Below are positions 41,536 through 52,375 of a DNA stretch of 64,000 nt, in pieces. The stretch's first letter is position 1. Each line of letters begins with the position of its first letter. The notes beneath the pieces are model-generated. The model was not told where the DNA came from, did no database searches, and saw nothing but the letters and a program-made list of their open reading frames with translations. The DNA comes from an uncultured Dictyoglomota bacterium (lineage in GTDB: Bacteria > Dictyoglomota > Dictyoglomia > Dictyoglomales > Dictyoglomaceae). Both the position numbers and the translations under genes were made by a program. The stretch is from the NCBI GenBank assembly GCA_964654465.1, contig CAZZIO010000065.1:64001-128000 (forward strand). The letters run 5' to 3'.

Positions 41536-43471
41536 AGAAGAAATATTAGGAAAAGCATATGATTCAAGAATAATGAAAAGATTATTAAAATATGCTAAAC
41601 CTTACTTTTCTTATCTACTCTTTGCTCTATTTCTTATTATAATCATAACCATTTTAAAGCTTATAAATCCATATATTATAAAAACTGCCATAGATAAAAA
41701 CATAAACCCCTTTGAAGTTATAAAGGTAGAAAATAGAGAGATAAGAGTATATTATATTGAAGATAATTTAGCCAAAACACTAATTAAAAAATATCCTTCT
41801 CTTATCAAACCTTTAAATGGGAAATATTATATTTCCCTTGAAGACATGCAAAAGATTGATATTAAGGACAGATTCTCATTGAGGTGGAAAAATATCTCGA
41901 ATTTACAAAAAGCAGCTCTATTGTATCTTCTTATTATATTCATGATTTTCTTTCTAACATATATACAAGTCTATATCTTGAACTTAACATCTCAAAAAAT
42001 AATATATGACCTAAGGAAAGAACTATTCCAGCATATATTAAAACTTCCTATGAGAATTTTTGATAGAAATCCTGTAGGAAGATTAGTAACAAGAGTAACT
42101 AATGATACTGAAACCCTTCAACAGATGTACAACTCTGTAATAACAAGTCTTGTAGTAGATATATTCTTGCTTACTGGACTTTCTATTGTAATGTTAAGCT
42201 TAAATTGGAAATTAGCTATTATATGTCTAATATCCCTTCCTATAGTAGGTTATATAAGTTTTCTATTTAAAAAATATGCGAGAGAAGCCTATAGAGCTTT
42301 TAGAATTAGACTTGCAAGATTGAATGCCTATTTAGCAGAACATATAAGCGGTATTAGAGTAACGCAACTTTTTGCAAGAGAAAAAGAGAATGAAAAAGAA
42401 TTCAGAGAAATTAATAACTTACTTTTACAAGCAACTCTAAGAAACGTTTTCGTTAATGCCATATTTAGACCTATAGTTAGTGCCTTGGGAAGTTTTGTCT
42501 CTGCCTTTCTTATATTCTTTGGTGGCCTACAAATAATGGGAAATCAAATGAGTTTTGGAACTTTATTTTTATTCATATCTTATCTGGGAAGCTTTTTCCA
42601 ACCAATTCAAGACTTAGCAGAAAAATATGATATAATGCAAGATGCTATGGCTTCTGCAGAAAGAATTTTTTTGCTTCTTGACGAACCGGAACATATAACA
42701 GAAACACCTAAGATTACAGTTCTAAAAAATATAAAAGGAAAAATAGAATTTAAAAATGTTTGGTTTGCTTATGATAGTGAATGGGTTTTAAAAGATTTAT
42801 CCTTTACTATAGAACCGGGCGAAAAGGTAGCTTTCGTAGGTCATACAGGAGCAGGAAAAACTTCAATCATAAATCTACTTACAAGGTTTTATGATATTCA
42901 AAAAGGAGAAATTCTTATAGATGATATTAATATAAAAGATATAGATCCAAAAGAATTAAGAAAACATATTGGTATAGTCCTTCAGGATGTACACCTCTTC
43001 GCTACTAATATTTTACAGAATATAAGATTAAATAAAGAGGATATTCCGGAAGAAAAAGTCATAGAAGCAGCAAAACTGGTTAATGCAGATAATTTTATAA
43101 GGGAACTTCCGCAAGGATACTATACTCCTGTTCAAGAAAGAGGAGCTACATTATCTTCTGGACAAAGGCAATTAATAGCCTTTGCAAGAGCATTAGTATT
43201 TGATCCTAAAATATTAATTTTAGATGAAGCTACAGCTAACATAGATACAGAAACAGAAAAATTAATCCAAGATGCAATAGAAAATCTCATAAAAGGGAGA
43301 ACCAGTATAATTATTGCCCATAGATTATCTACAATAAAAAATGTGGATACTATTTATGTAATGCATAAAGGTAAGATTGTAGAAAAAGGAAGTCATAATG
43401 AACTCATAAAGAAAAAGGGACTTTATTACCATCTTTACAAACTCCAAAGTTTAAATTATGCTAACATATAG
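41519..43471 (+). CDS. Heterodimeric ABC exporter subunit 2
   Basis: GHTGAGKT, LSSGQRQ, LDEAT and IAHR motifs. Confidence 0.9.
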   Translation: MNQFYEEEILGKAYDSRIMKRLLKYAKPYFSYLLFALFLIIIITILKLINPYIIKTAIDKNINPFEVIKVENREIRVYYIEDNLAKTLIKKYPSLIKPLNGKYYISLEDMQKIDIKDRFSLRWKNISNLQKAALLYLLIIFMIFFLTYIQVYILNLTSQKIIYDLRKELFQHILKLPMRIFDRNPVGRLVTRVTNDTETLQQMYNSVITSLVVDIFLLTGLSIVMLSLNWKLAIICLISLPIVGYISFLFKKYAREAYRAFRIRLARLNAYLAEHISGIRVTQLFAREKENEKEFREINNLLLQATLRNVFVNAIFRPIVSALGSFVSAFLIFFGGLQIMGNQMSFGTLFLFISYLGSFFQPIQDLAEKYDIMQDAMASAERIFLLLDEPEHITETPKITVLKNIKGKIEFKNVWFAYDSEWVLKDLSFTIEPGEKVAFVGHTGAGKTSIINLLTRFYDIQKGEILIDDINIKDIDPKELRKHIGIVLQDVHLFATNILQNIRLNKEDIPEEKVIEAAKLVNADNFIRELPQGYYTPVQERGATLSSGQRQLIAFARALVFDPKILILDEATANIDTETEKLIQDAIENLIKGRTSIIIAHRLSTIKNVDTIYVMHKGKIVEKGSHNELIKKKGLYYHLYKLQSLNYANI

Positions 43472-43524
43472 TTTTAATAAATAGAAAAATTTTTAAATCG
43501 TTTTAAAAGGAGTCCTTATCATAT

Positions 43525-44709
43525 ATGAAAAAACTAATCAGTTTAGGTATAATTTTTCTTAGTATATCTGCTGGTTTTTCTCAATTTATTGATCCTTACT
43601 TACTAAAAGAAATATCTCTTGGAGAAAATAGTGTAAATTATTTTCTAATTTATGAGAATTTTTTAATATATAACATAAAGGATCAATTAGCAATTTTAGA
43701 TCTTAAAAACCTTAATGAGAACAAAATAAGAGTGAGATCAAAAAATGCAAGAGACTTTAACACAATTATCAAAGAATTTAAAATAATAGCTACTAAAACG
43801 ATAGCTGTCGTTAACAATGAACCCTACGCTCTAATTTATAACTTTGAAAAAAATACATATACAGAGCTTCCATATAATTTGGAAAGTAACATAAAAATAA
43901 ATAACAATTTTTGGTTTTCTATTTCGCAAAATATACAAAATATTTCCTTTTCAAATACCGGAAAATATATACTAGAGAAAAAACTCGTTGAAACTTACTT
44001 TCTTGGATTTATACCTACTGAGAATCATTATGAATATCGTATATTAAGCTATCCATCCCTAAAAGAATTAATCTTCTTTTCAACTCAAGATGATTTAGAA
44101 GAATCTCTGAATTTCTCTCCTAAGGATACTTTCTTAATGCTAGCAAACTCCTACAACCCTATGGACGATAAAAATGACGATATCTATGGACTTATCCTAA
44201 TTGATCTTAAAAATATTAAAACGATACCTTTGTTTAAAGATGAGAAAATAATAAGTTACGATGTTTCAAAAAGTGATGATTTATTAGCAATTTCCTTTGA
44301 AAAAATAACTAAAGTTATAGACTTTAAAAATCTTTCAGAAATATTTTCTTATCCTATGGGTGGAAGTGTAAGGTTTACTGAAAAAAATGAATTTCTTATT
44401 ATTGAAGGAACAAAGGTTTCCACCCTTATAGATATAAAAACAAAAGAAGTAATAAACACATATTTAGGGAATAATCTATGTATATCACCAAATGAAGAGT
44501 TTTTAGCGTATACTACTACCAATAATCCCTTCTCTTTAATAAAAGAAATTCAATTAGTTCATAGAAAATCAGGTACTCAGAAAAAAATAAGACTTAACAA
44601 CGAATACTTCTTAGAGCATATGAAATTTTCTAAAGATGAAAAATTCTTCATCCTTTTATTATCTGGAAAGGATGGCTATAACATTAATATTTATAAAATA
44701 CAACAATAA
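43525..44709 (+). CDS. Secreted WD40-like beta-propeller protein of unknown function
   Basis: Signal peptide; repeated FSP/ISP/FSKD blade motifs. Confidence 0.55.
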   Translation: MKKLISLGIIFLSISAGFSQFIDPYLLKEISLGENSVNYFLIYENFLIYNIKDQLAILDLKNLNENKIRVRSKNARDFNTIIKEFKIIATKTIAVVNNEPYALIYNFEKNTYTELPYNLESNIKINNNFWFSISQNIQNISFSNTGKYILEKKLVETYFLGFIPTENHYEYRILSYPSLKELIFFSTQDDLEESLNFSPKDTFLMLANSYNPMDDKNDDIYGLILIDLKNIKTIPLFKDEKIISYDVSKSDDLLAISFEKITKVIDFKNLSEIFSYPMGGSVRFTEKNEFLIIEGTKVSTLIDIKTKEVINTYLGNNLCISPNEEFLAYTTTNNPFSLIKEIQLVHRKSGTQKKIRLNNEYFLEHMKFSKDEKFFILLLSGKDGYNINIYKIQQ

Positions 44710-44714
44710 CTATC

Positions 44715-45707
44715 TTAAAATTCTTGTAATAATCTTAACATCTCCCTATCTAACTTATGTCCATACCAATCCTCATATTCCACATCTTCTCTTTCAGAGT
44801 CAAGAATTCCAAAAGGTCCTTTAAAGTTCCAAAGAGCATAACCCATACCTCTTTCTTTAAATATTTCCAAAAGATCTCTCATCCAAGAAAGTACTACCTT
44901 ATGAGGTGTATACTTAAAGGCTCCCATCTCTCCACAATGAACACCTATGCCTTTATCCATCAGACTTACCCATCTATCATAATGTTTTTCAAGCTTACCC
45001 CTATCCCAATATTCTCCGTAATGCCAAGCTCCAGGCCACCTAGGCTCAGGCCAGCTTTCCCCTCCCACCCAACTTGCTTTATAATGGGTAAGTCCCATAG
45101 GCAAATACCCTCTACAACTTTGTACAACATTAAGATCAATTAACTCAGGTAAAGGCTCATTTCCATAAGAGATGCCATCTATAATAATCAGCCTTTCATT
45201 ATCAATCTTCCTTATAAAATCTACCGTTTTCCTTATTACCCTCTCATGATCAGTTCTTGTCATAATATCATCTGATACATAGGGTGGTTCATTAATCAAG
45301 TTAAAACTCAAATCTTTTGAGGATATACCTTTGTATCTTCTTGCAAAATATCCCCAATGGTAACAAAAAGCACTTAAAGCCTCCTCATCTTTCCATAAAT
45401 TAAATTTCTCTTTTAATTCCTGATTAACACTGTAACCTGGACCACGATGAAAATTTAAACATATATGTACATGATATTTTTGGCCCCATGAAATTACCTT
45501 ATCTATTTTTTCGAAGAACTCTTCCCTTATATAATAAATATCATCATCTTTTATCCAGAATCTATAATTTAGAGGAATTCTTACAAAATCAAATCCCCAG
45601 TCAGATATCCATTTAAAATCTTCTTCTTCAAAATCTTTATAATGATAATATGAAAACAAATTGGGTAAATTAAAACCCCTCCATCTTGGAATTACGTTTT
45701 TAGCCAT
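44715..45707 (-). CDS. GH5 glycoside hydrolase, cytoplasmic (mannanase/cellulase type)
   Basis: RGFN, FVRIP, LINEP and CGEMG motifs; no signal peptide. Confidence 0.9.
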   Translation of the reverse strand: MAKNVIPRWRGFNLPNLFSYYHYKDFEEEDFKWISDWGFDFVRIPLNYRFWIKDDDIYYIREEFFEKIDKVISWGQKYHVHICLNFHRGPGYSVNQELKEKFNLWKDEEALSAFCYHWGYFARRYKGISSKDLSFNLINEPPYVSDDIMTRTDHERVIRKTVDFIRKIDNERLIIIDGISYGNEPLPELIDLNVVQSCRGYLPMGLTHYKASWVGGESWPEPRWPGAWHYGEYWDRGKLEKHYDRWVSLMDKGIGVHCGEMGAFKYTPHKVVLSWMRDLLEIFKERGMGYALWNFKGPFGILDSEREDVEYEDWYGHKLDREMLRLLQEF

Positions 45708-45716
45708 ATTTACCTC

Positions 45717-46652
45717 CTAAAAATTTAATTCTGGTATTAAAGCTCTTAATAAAGGAACTCTCCATTCATCTTTTTCAGGATCATAAACTCCGAATCCAGA
45801 GAAAAATTCCCAATATGCCCAAGCTATTCCTCTCTTTTCTGCAGATCTTGCCACAAAATCCGTCCATCTAACCCTTGATTCCATATCTGCTTTTGAGTAT
45901 GCTCCAAATTCTCCCATATAAAGAGGTATATTTCCATGTTCTTTAGCCCAATTAACCGCTATATCAAGTTCCTTTTCTATCATCTGCTTTTCTTCATCTG
46001 TACCTAACCATCTAACTCCCACCGGTAAATCTATTTTTACCCATCCTGCTCCTTGATGTGTAAAATTAAAAGGATTATAATAATGAAAAGTTACTATAAT
46101 ATTTTTATCATTTTCAGGAATAATCAACTTATCAAGATTATAAAGGCTATTCCAATTATCAGGTCCTACTACAATTTTTCTATCAGGATTAGTCTTCCTA
46201 ATAATTTCTATAGCTTCCTTTAAAAATTGATTCCATAAATTACTAAGCAAATTATAAGTAGGTTCATTCAATAATTCAAAATATAAATTATGAGGATAAT
46301 CTTTATAGTGCTCTGATATTTGCCTCCATATAGCTAGAAATCTATCCTTTTCTTTCAGTGGATCTTGCATTATTTCATCATAATGATGGATATTTATAAC
46401 TATATAAAGCCCATTATTAAAAGCTTGCTCTATAAGATGATCCACTCTATCAAAAATCTTTTTTTCTATATCATAGGGAGATTCCCTTTTTGAATATATA
46501 CTCCATTTTATTGGAATCCTCACATGGTCAAAACCTACTTCTTTTACTAACTTAAAATATTCGTCTTTAATAACATGCCCACCCCATGCACCTTCAAAAG
46601 GCGCTTCTAAGGCATCTCCAAAATTTATACCACGCCTAATCGGAATATTCAT
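45717..46652 (-). CDS. GH5 endoglucanase, cytoplasmic (Thermotoga Cel5A-like)
   Basis: RGINFGDALEAP.EG.WG, LLNEP, HYY and MGEFG motifs. Confidence 0.9.
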   Translation of the reverse strand: MNIPIRRGINFGDALEAPFEGAWGGHVIKDEYFKLVKEVGFDHVRIPIKWSIYSKRESPYDIEKKIFDRVDHLIEQAFNNGLYIVINIHHYDEIMQDPLKEKDRFLAIWRQISEHYKDYPHNLYFELLNEPTYNLLSNLWNQFLKEAIEIIRKTNPDRKIVVGPDNWNSLYNLDKLIIPENDKNIIVTFHYYNPFNFTHQGAGWVKIDLPVGVRWLGTDEEKQMIEKELDIAVNWAKEHGNIPLYMGEFGAYSKADMESRVRWTDFVARSAEKRGIAWAYWEFFSGFGVYDPEKDEWRVPLLRALIPELNF

Positions 46653-46701
46653 TATAAATTTACCTCCTTAACAAACACATTTTATTTTTTAAAAACATCG
46701 A

Positions 46702-47712
46702 TCATCTTATTTTTGTTTCTGGGATTAACACTTTTAAAAGATGTATTCTCCACATTTTATTTAACCCATCATATACTCCAAAACCTGCCGATGCAAAATC
46801 CCAATATGCCCAAGCTATTCCTCTCTTTTCTGCAGATCTTGCTACAAAATCCGTCCATCTCACCCTTGATTCCATATCCGCCCTAAAATATGCCCCAAAC
46901 TCTCCCATCCACAATGGTACATTCCCATTTCTTTTTGCCCAGTCAACAGTAAAATCAAGTTCCCTCTCTATCATTTTCTTTTCTTGATCTGAACCAGTCC
47001 ATCTAACACCTATTGGAAGCTGAGGCTGTACCCAATCTGCTCCTTGATGGGTAAAATTGAAAGGATTATAGTAATGAAAACTTACTACAAGATTTTTGTC
47101 TTCAGGAAGTTTTAAAAAAGAGATAGTGCTATAATTTGCCCAATTTGCTGTATCTACTACAATCTTCCTCGTTGGATTTGTCTTTCTAATTATCTTTATT
47201 GCTTCAGCCAAATATTCGTTCCAAATCTGAGGTGTAAGATTTGTATTTGGCTCGTTTAAAAGCTCAAACCATAATGTATCTGGATAATTTTTATAATGCT
47301 CTGCTATCTGATCCCATAACGCAAGAAACCTATCTTTGTGTTTTTCAGGATTTTGCATTATTTCATCATAATTATGGATATTTATTATTACATACAAGCT
47401 ATTCTTAAAAGCAAGATCAATCACTTGATCCACTCTATTAAATATGTAATCCCTTATAGTATATGGGGGTTCATATAATGCATGACCATTCCATCTAACT
47501 GGAATTCTCACATGGTCAAAACCCGCTTTTTTTACTAAATCAAAATACTCATCCTTTACATATACCCCCCATGAACCTTCAAAAGGGGCCTCAAGACCAG
47601 TAAGATTAACTCCTCTTCTAATGGGTAATTTGGCTTGAGAATGGACTTCCTTAAAAGAAAAAGAGAGAACAAATAGGAAGATTAAGGAAAAAAGTAATAT
47701 CTTCTTCATCAA
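46702..47712 (-). CDS. GH5 endoglucanase, secreted paralog
   Basis: Signal peptide; LLNEP and MGEFG motifs. Confidence 0.9.
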   Translation of the reverse strand: MMKKILLFSLIFLFVLSFSFKEVHSQAKLPIRRGVNLTGLEAPFEGSWGVYVKDEYFDLVKKAGFDHVRIPVRWNGHALYEPPYTIRDYIFNRVDQVIDLAFKNSLYVIINIHNYDEIMQNPEKHKDRFLALWDQIAEHYKNYPDTLWFELLNEPNTNLTPQIWNEYLAEAIKIIRKTNPTRKIVVDTANWANYSTISFLKLPEDKNLVVSFHYYNPFNFTHQGADWVQPQLPIGVRWTGSDQEKKMIERELDFTVDWAKRNGNVPLWMGEFGAYFRADMESRVRWTDFVARSAEKRGIAWAYWDFASAGFGVYDGLNKMWRIHLLKVLIPETKIR

Positions 47713-47715
47713 TAA

Positions 47716-49518
47716 TCACTCTCCTTCCCCTAATAATTCTATTTTTATTGCCAAATCTCTTTCAAACTCAATAATAGGAATTACATTTTTATCTAAATCT
47801 AATTCCTTAATCTTTTCACCTCTATATGTGTCATAGTAGATTACTTTAATTGGGGGTTTTATTAATAATTCAATACTGCCTAAGAATTTCGAACTATCCA
47901 TATTAGGAATATCTTTTTTATATTGATAGGCCTCTTTAGCATTATAAAGCCATAAAAGTATATATTTCTTACCTTGAAGTCCTATAACCTTAATCTCTCT
48001 ATTATAGACGTTAAATTTATAATTTGTTAACCTTTCAAATTTTTCCTCTAAAAAATTTATATCCTTAACAAAATCCGCTAAAGCCCTATAATGAAAATAA
48101 AGATTATTAGGATGAATGTGATTATCCCACCACCAAGACATTGCAGTACCAGAAGCACCAGACAAAATGGTAGTCCAAATAGCATTATGTATAACATACC
48201 CATTAGGATCTACCCAAAGATCATTTCCACCAGCATCCAACCCAAATTCTCCCACAAGATGAGGTTTTCTATATTTTTCTTTATAAGCTATAAGAGATAA
48301 TAGGGCATCAATATATCTATTGCTTTTATAAATATGAGTTTGTACAAAGTTTAATCCAGAGATACTGTCAATCTCAGGTTTTCCAGGAGAGAAAGCAAAA
48401 CTTGTAGTTATTAGATGTTTCCAGGGATCAATACTATTAAGATATTTAGCCATATCTTCATGCCACTTTTTAACCTCTCCTATAACAAAAGCAGTTGGAG
48501 AAATAATATCTACCTCATTCCAAAATTCCCAAGCAAAAACATTAGTGCTATAACCATATCTTGCCACAATATATCTTAACTTATTTTTATAATATTTAAT
48601 CATCTCATTATTAGTCCAAAAATCTTTGGGTTCTTTCAAGGGTCCTCCATTTTTTTCATAATGGGGTGTATGTTCCCAATATGGATATGCTCCTTCCTTC
48701 TGATATCTAAGTTCATTGTAACTGTCAAAACAAAACATTATGTACATATTTAATTTTTCCGCTAAATTTAATACATAATCAAGTTTCCACGCATTTTTAA
48801 GATCATATTCTTTAACAGATTCCCTTTCCAAAGCAAAAGTAGCCCATGAAGGTCCAAGCCAAACTCTAAAATAATTTCCACCATTTTCAGCACATTTAGG
48901 AAGCCATACATCGTAATCATAAGTACCCTTAGATGTTGCCCAACAAATGTTCGCCCCAATAGGTAAAAATTGTCTCCCATTATCAAACTTAAAATATCGC
49001 CAATTCTTTTCGCTAACCCTTATATACCCGGGTTTTTCAGATTCCTTTACATATATAGTATATTTATCTGATGAGACTTCTCTTCCTGTTTTATCTTTAA
49101 CTTTTATAAAAAATTTATATGAGCCTATATTTATTGGAGAAAATCTTATTTTGAAATATGGATCCCCCACAGGAACCAAATATTCGTAATCATTTTTTAG
49201 TTCTCTTTTATATTCTTGATAGAAAAATCCTGGAACCCTATATTGATTACCATACTGATCTTCAAAAATTCCTTCTACATCTATTTCTTGGGGGTCAAAA
49301 GGATTCAAGTATGAACCCTGTAGAAAAATAGACACTTCAAATAAATTATACCTTCCTAATTCCATTTTAGAGATATCTATCCCTAATATATTCAAAGGTC
49401 TATTGTCTTTATATCTTGACTCATAAGATCCTATACTATTCCTTACACTACTTTCTTTCATACACCCACAAATAATTAATATTATTGACAAAATCAAAAA
49501 CAATATGAAATCTCTCAC
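47716..49518 (-). CDS. Putative lipoprotein: DUF5060-like Ig domain plus clan GH-A (GH5-like) catalytic domain
   Basis: Lipobox-like IICGC; NPFDP..IDV; WEFWNE acid/base; VGEFG nucleophile. Confidence 0.72.
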   Translation of the reverse strand: MRDFILFLILSIILIICGCMKESSVRNSIGSYESRYKDNRPLNILGIDISKMELGRYNLFEVSIFLQGSYLNPFDPQEIDVEGIFEDQYGNQYRVPGFFYQEYKRELKNDYEYLVPVGDPYFKIRFSPINIGSYKFFIKVKDKTGREVSSDKYTIYVKESEKPGYIRVSEKNWRYFKFDNGRQFLPIGANICWATSKGTYDYDVWLPKCAENGGNYFRVWLGPSWATFALERESVKEYDLKNAWKLDYVLNLAEKLNMYIMFCFDSYNELRYQKEGAYPYWEHTPHYEKNGGPLKEPKDFWTNNEMIKYYKNKLRYIVARYGYSTNVFAWEFWNEVDIISPTAFVIGEVKKWHEDMAKYLNSIDPWKHLITTSFAFSPGKPEIDSISGLNFVQTHIYKSNRYIDALLSLIAYKEKYRKPHLVGEFGLDAGGNDLWVDPNGYVIHNAIWTTILSGASGTAMSWWWDNHIHPNNLYFHYRALADFVKDINFLEEKFERLTNYKFNVYNREIKVIGLQGKKYILLWLYNAKEAYQYKKDIPNMDSSKFLGSIELLIKPPIKVIYYDTYRGEKIKELDLDKNVIPIIEFERDLAIKIELLGEGE

Positions 49519-49546
49519 AATTGAACCCCTCTCACCCCTTAAACAC

Positions 49547-50494
49547 CTATACTAAATGACATGCCACAAAATGTCCTGGAGAAACCTCCCTTAAGGCAGG
49601 TTCTTGTTTTCTACATGTTTCCATCACATACTCACATCTGCTTTGGAATCTACAACCTTGAGGCAAGTCTATAGGAGAAGGTACTTCTCCCTTTAATGCT
49701 GAAAATCTTCTTTGCCTTTCCCCATCTCTCGGCATCTTAGGTACAGAAGCAAGAAGAGCTCTTGTATATGGATGCAATGGATTTGTATATAATTCTTCCT
49801 TTGGAGCCATTTCTACTATAGTACCAAGGTACATAACAGCAACTTTATCAGATAGGTATCTTACCACTGCCAAGTCGTGGGATATGAAAAGGTAAGATAT
49901 CTTAAATCTTCTTTTTAGTTCATAAAGTAGGGAAACAATTTGAGCTTGTATAGATACATCCAATGAAGAAACAGGCTCGTCTGCAACAATAAATTTAGGA
50001 TTTAAAGCAAGAGCTCTTGCTATTCCTACTCTTTGCTGTTGACCCCCAGAAAATTCATAAGGAAAAGCATCTATTACCTCTCTACCTAAACCTACTATTT
50101 CAAGAAGCTCTTCTACCGCTCTTCTTCTTTCTTCTCTTGTTCCTATATTGTGAATTATTAAAGGATCTTCTATGTTTTGTCCGACTGTCATCATAGGATT
50201 TAATGAAGCTAATGGGTCCTGAAAAATTATCTGCATAAATCTCCTCTTTTGCCTTAACTCTTCCCCCTTAAGCTTCCTCAAATCAGCCCCATCAAAAATT
50301 ATCTCTCCAGCATCTGGTTCAATCAGTCTAAGTATAGATCTACCTAAGGTAGATTTTCCAGAACCACTTTCTCCCACGAGACCTAACGTTTCTCCTTGTT
50401 CTAAAGAAAAAGATACATTATCTACTGCTCTCAAAAACTTCTTTTTAACAGGAAAATACTTTTTTAAATTTTTAACAACTAAAAGTTCAGGCAT
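49547..50494 (-). CDS. oppF: Opp-type ABC ATPase
   Basis: [16 protein letters not shown] and C-terminal Cys cluster VACH. Confidence 0.9.
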   Translation of the reverse strand: MPELLVVKNLKKYFPVKKKFLRAVDNVSFSLEQGETLGLVGESGSGKSTLGRSILRLIEPDAGEIIFDGADLRKLKGEELRQKRRFMQIIFQDPLASLNPMMTVGQNIEDPLIIHNIGTREERRRAVEELLEIVGLGREVIDAFPYEFSGGQQQRVGIARALALNPKFIVADEPVSSLDVSIQAQIVSLLYELKRRFKISYLFISHDLAVVRYLSDKVAVMYLGTIVEMAPKEELYTNPLHPYTRALLASVPKMPRDGERQRRFSALKGEVPSPIDLPQGCRFQSRCEYVMETCRKQEPALREVSPGHFVACHLV

Positions 50495-51467
50495 TGAATT
50501 TTCCTCCCTTCACTAAATGACATGCCACATAATGTCCATCTTCTACTTCCTTATATTCTGGCTCTACTTCTCCACATATATCTTGAGCATATGGACACCT
50601 TGGATGGAACCTACAGCCAGATGGGGGATTCACAAGGCTTGGTGGGTTTCCAGGAATAGGTCTTAATGAACCCTCTTTTGCATTTATATCAAGAGTAGAT
50701 GAAATTAAACCTTGAGAATATGGATGTAATGGATTTCTAATAAACTTCTCAGTAGATGCATACTCTGATATCTTTCCTGCATACATAACCATTATTGTAT
50801 CAGCAAAATTCATAGCCAGTGTAATATCGTGAGTAATAAATATTACACTAGTTTTAAATTCTTCCTTCATGTCAGAAAGAAGATTCAATATTTGGGCTCT
50901 TACTGTAACATCCAAAGCTGTAGTAGGCTCATCAGCTATAACAAGCTTAGGATTACATGCAAGAGCTATTGCAATCATAACCCTTTGTCTCATCCCACCT
51001 GAAAATTGGAATGGATAATCCCAAACTCTCGTCTTATATTCAGGAATTCCTACAAGCCTTAAAAGTTCGATAGCTCTATCCCTTGCTTCCTTATCAGACA
51101 TTACTTTATGCCACAAAATAGGTTCCATTATCTGGATACCTACTCTCATTATGGGGTTCAAACTGGTCATTGGATCTTGGAAAACAATAGAAATATCTTT
51201 ACCCCTTACTTGTCTCAGTTCTTCTTTATTTAGTTTCAATAAATCCTTACCATCAAAAATAGCTTCTCCATCTACTATTCTTCCATTTCTTTTAATAAGC
51301 CTTAAAAGAGAAAGAACCGAAACAGTTTTTCCAGATCCACTTTCGCCCACAATCGCAAGAGTCTCCCCATAATTTACCTTATAACTTATACCATCAACCG
51401 CTTTTACAACACCATCATATCTATCAAAATAGGTCTTTAAATTATTAACTCTTAATAGTTCTGCCAT
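50487..51467 (-). CDS. oppD: Opp-type ABC ATPase
   Basis: [16 protein letters not shown] and DEPTTALD motifs; ATG at 51467 after GAGG. Confidence 0.9.
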   Translation of the reverse strand: MAELLRVNNLKTYFDRYDGVVKAVDGISYKVNYGETLAIVGESGSGKTVSVLSLLRLIKRNGRIVDGEAIFDGKDLLKLNKEELRQVRGKDISIVFQDPMTSLNPIMRVGIQIMEPILWHKVMSDKEARDRAIELLRLVGIPEYKTRVWDYPFQFSGGMRQRVMIAIALACNPKLVIADEPTTALDVTVRAQILNLLSDMKEEFKTSVIFITHDITLAMNFADTIMVMYAGKISEYASTEKFIRNPLHPYSQGLISSTLDINAKEGSLRPIPGNPPSLVNPPSGCRFHPRCPYAQDICGEVEPEYKEVEDGHYVACHLVKGGKFNA

Positions 51468-51471
51468 GGCT

Positions 51472-52343
51472 TTATACCTCACTCCTTGGATTTAATGCAT
51501 CTCTTAAACCATCACCTACATATGTAAAGGCAAGAAGAGTAAGAGCAAAAGTAGGAATGGGAAGATCACCATATGAGGAAATCCCATTATATAACCAATT
51601 CCAGCTCCAATCATATTACCCCAAGAAGGCATTGGTGGTCTTACTCCCATTCCAATTAAAGCAAGACCTGCTTCAATCCATATTCCATTTGGTATACCAA
51701 AGGCTAAACTTACAATAATTGGTCCTAACATATTGGGAAGTATATATTTTCTAATAATATACGATTCTTTAGCTCCTAAAGCTCTTGCCGCTTCAACAAA
51801 TTCTGCATGTTTTAGATACATAACCATACCTCTTATTAAACGAGCCATTCCTGCCCATCCTGTAAGTCCAACAGCAACAAGAATTGTAAAAAGACCTCTA
51901 CCCATAACAGTAACTAAAATAACGTTAAAAAGGAAAGTAGGAAACGCATACATTATATCTGTTATTCTCATAAGGAGTGTATCTATCATTCCACCTCTAT
52001 ATCCTGCGATAGAGCCTATTATTACTCCAATAATAAGTACCACTATTTGGGAACCAAAACCCACTAACAGAGCATTTCTCATAGCATATAAATTTCTACT
52101 AAACATATCTCTTCCAAGGTCATCAGTACCCCACCAAAATTTGGCACTCGGCTTTTCAAAAGTATGAGCATAGTGGGGTTCATCATAAGGATAGGGAGCA
52201 ATCCATGGGGTAAATATGGAGACAATTATTATTATGATAATATAGATTAATCCAGCAACTGCCATTTTATTTCTTTTAAATCTTCTCCAAGCAGAACTCC
52301 AATAGCTTGATCTTTTAACCTTTCTATTTATTGCAACTTCCAT
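51472..52343 (-). pseudogene. oppC: Opp-type permease OppC with a 1-nt frameshift near the 3' end
   Basis: GTDDLGRD and EAARALG motifs; the conserved ...YVGDGLRDALNP tail lies in a different frame from the called ORF (51516..52343). Confidence 0.75.
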
Positions 52344-52375
52344 TTAGTAAAAACCTCCTTTTTCCTTTGAGCCTT

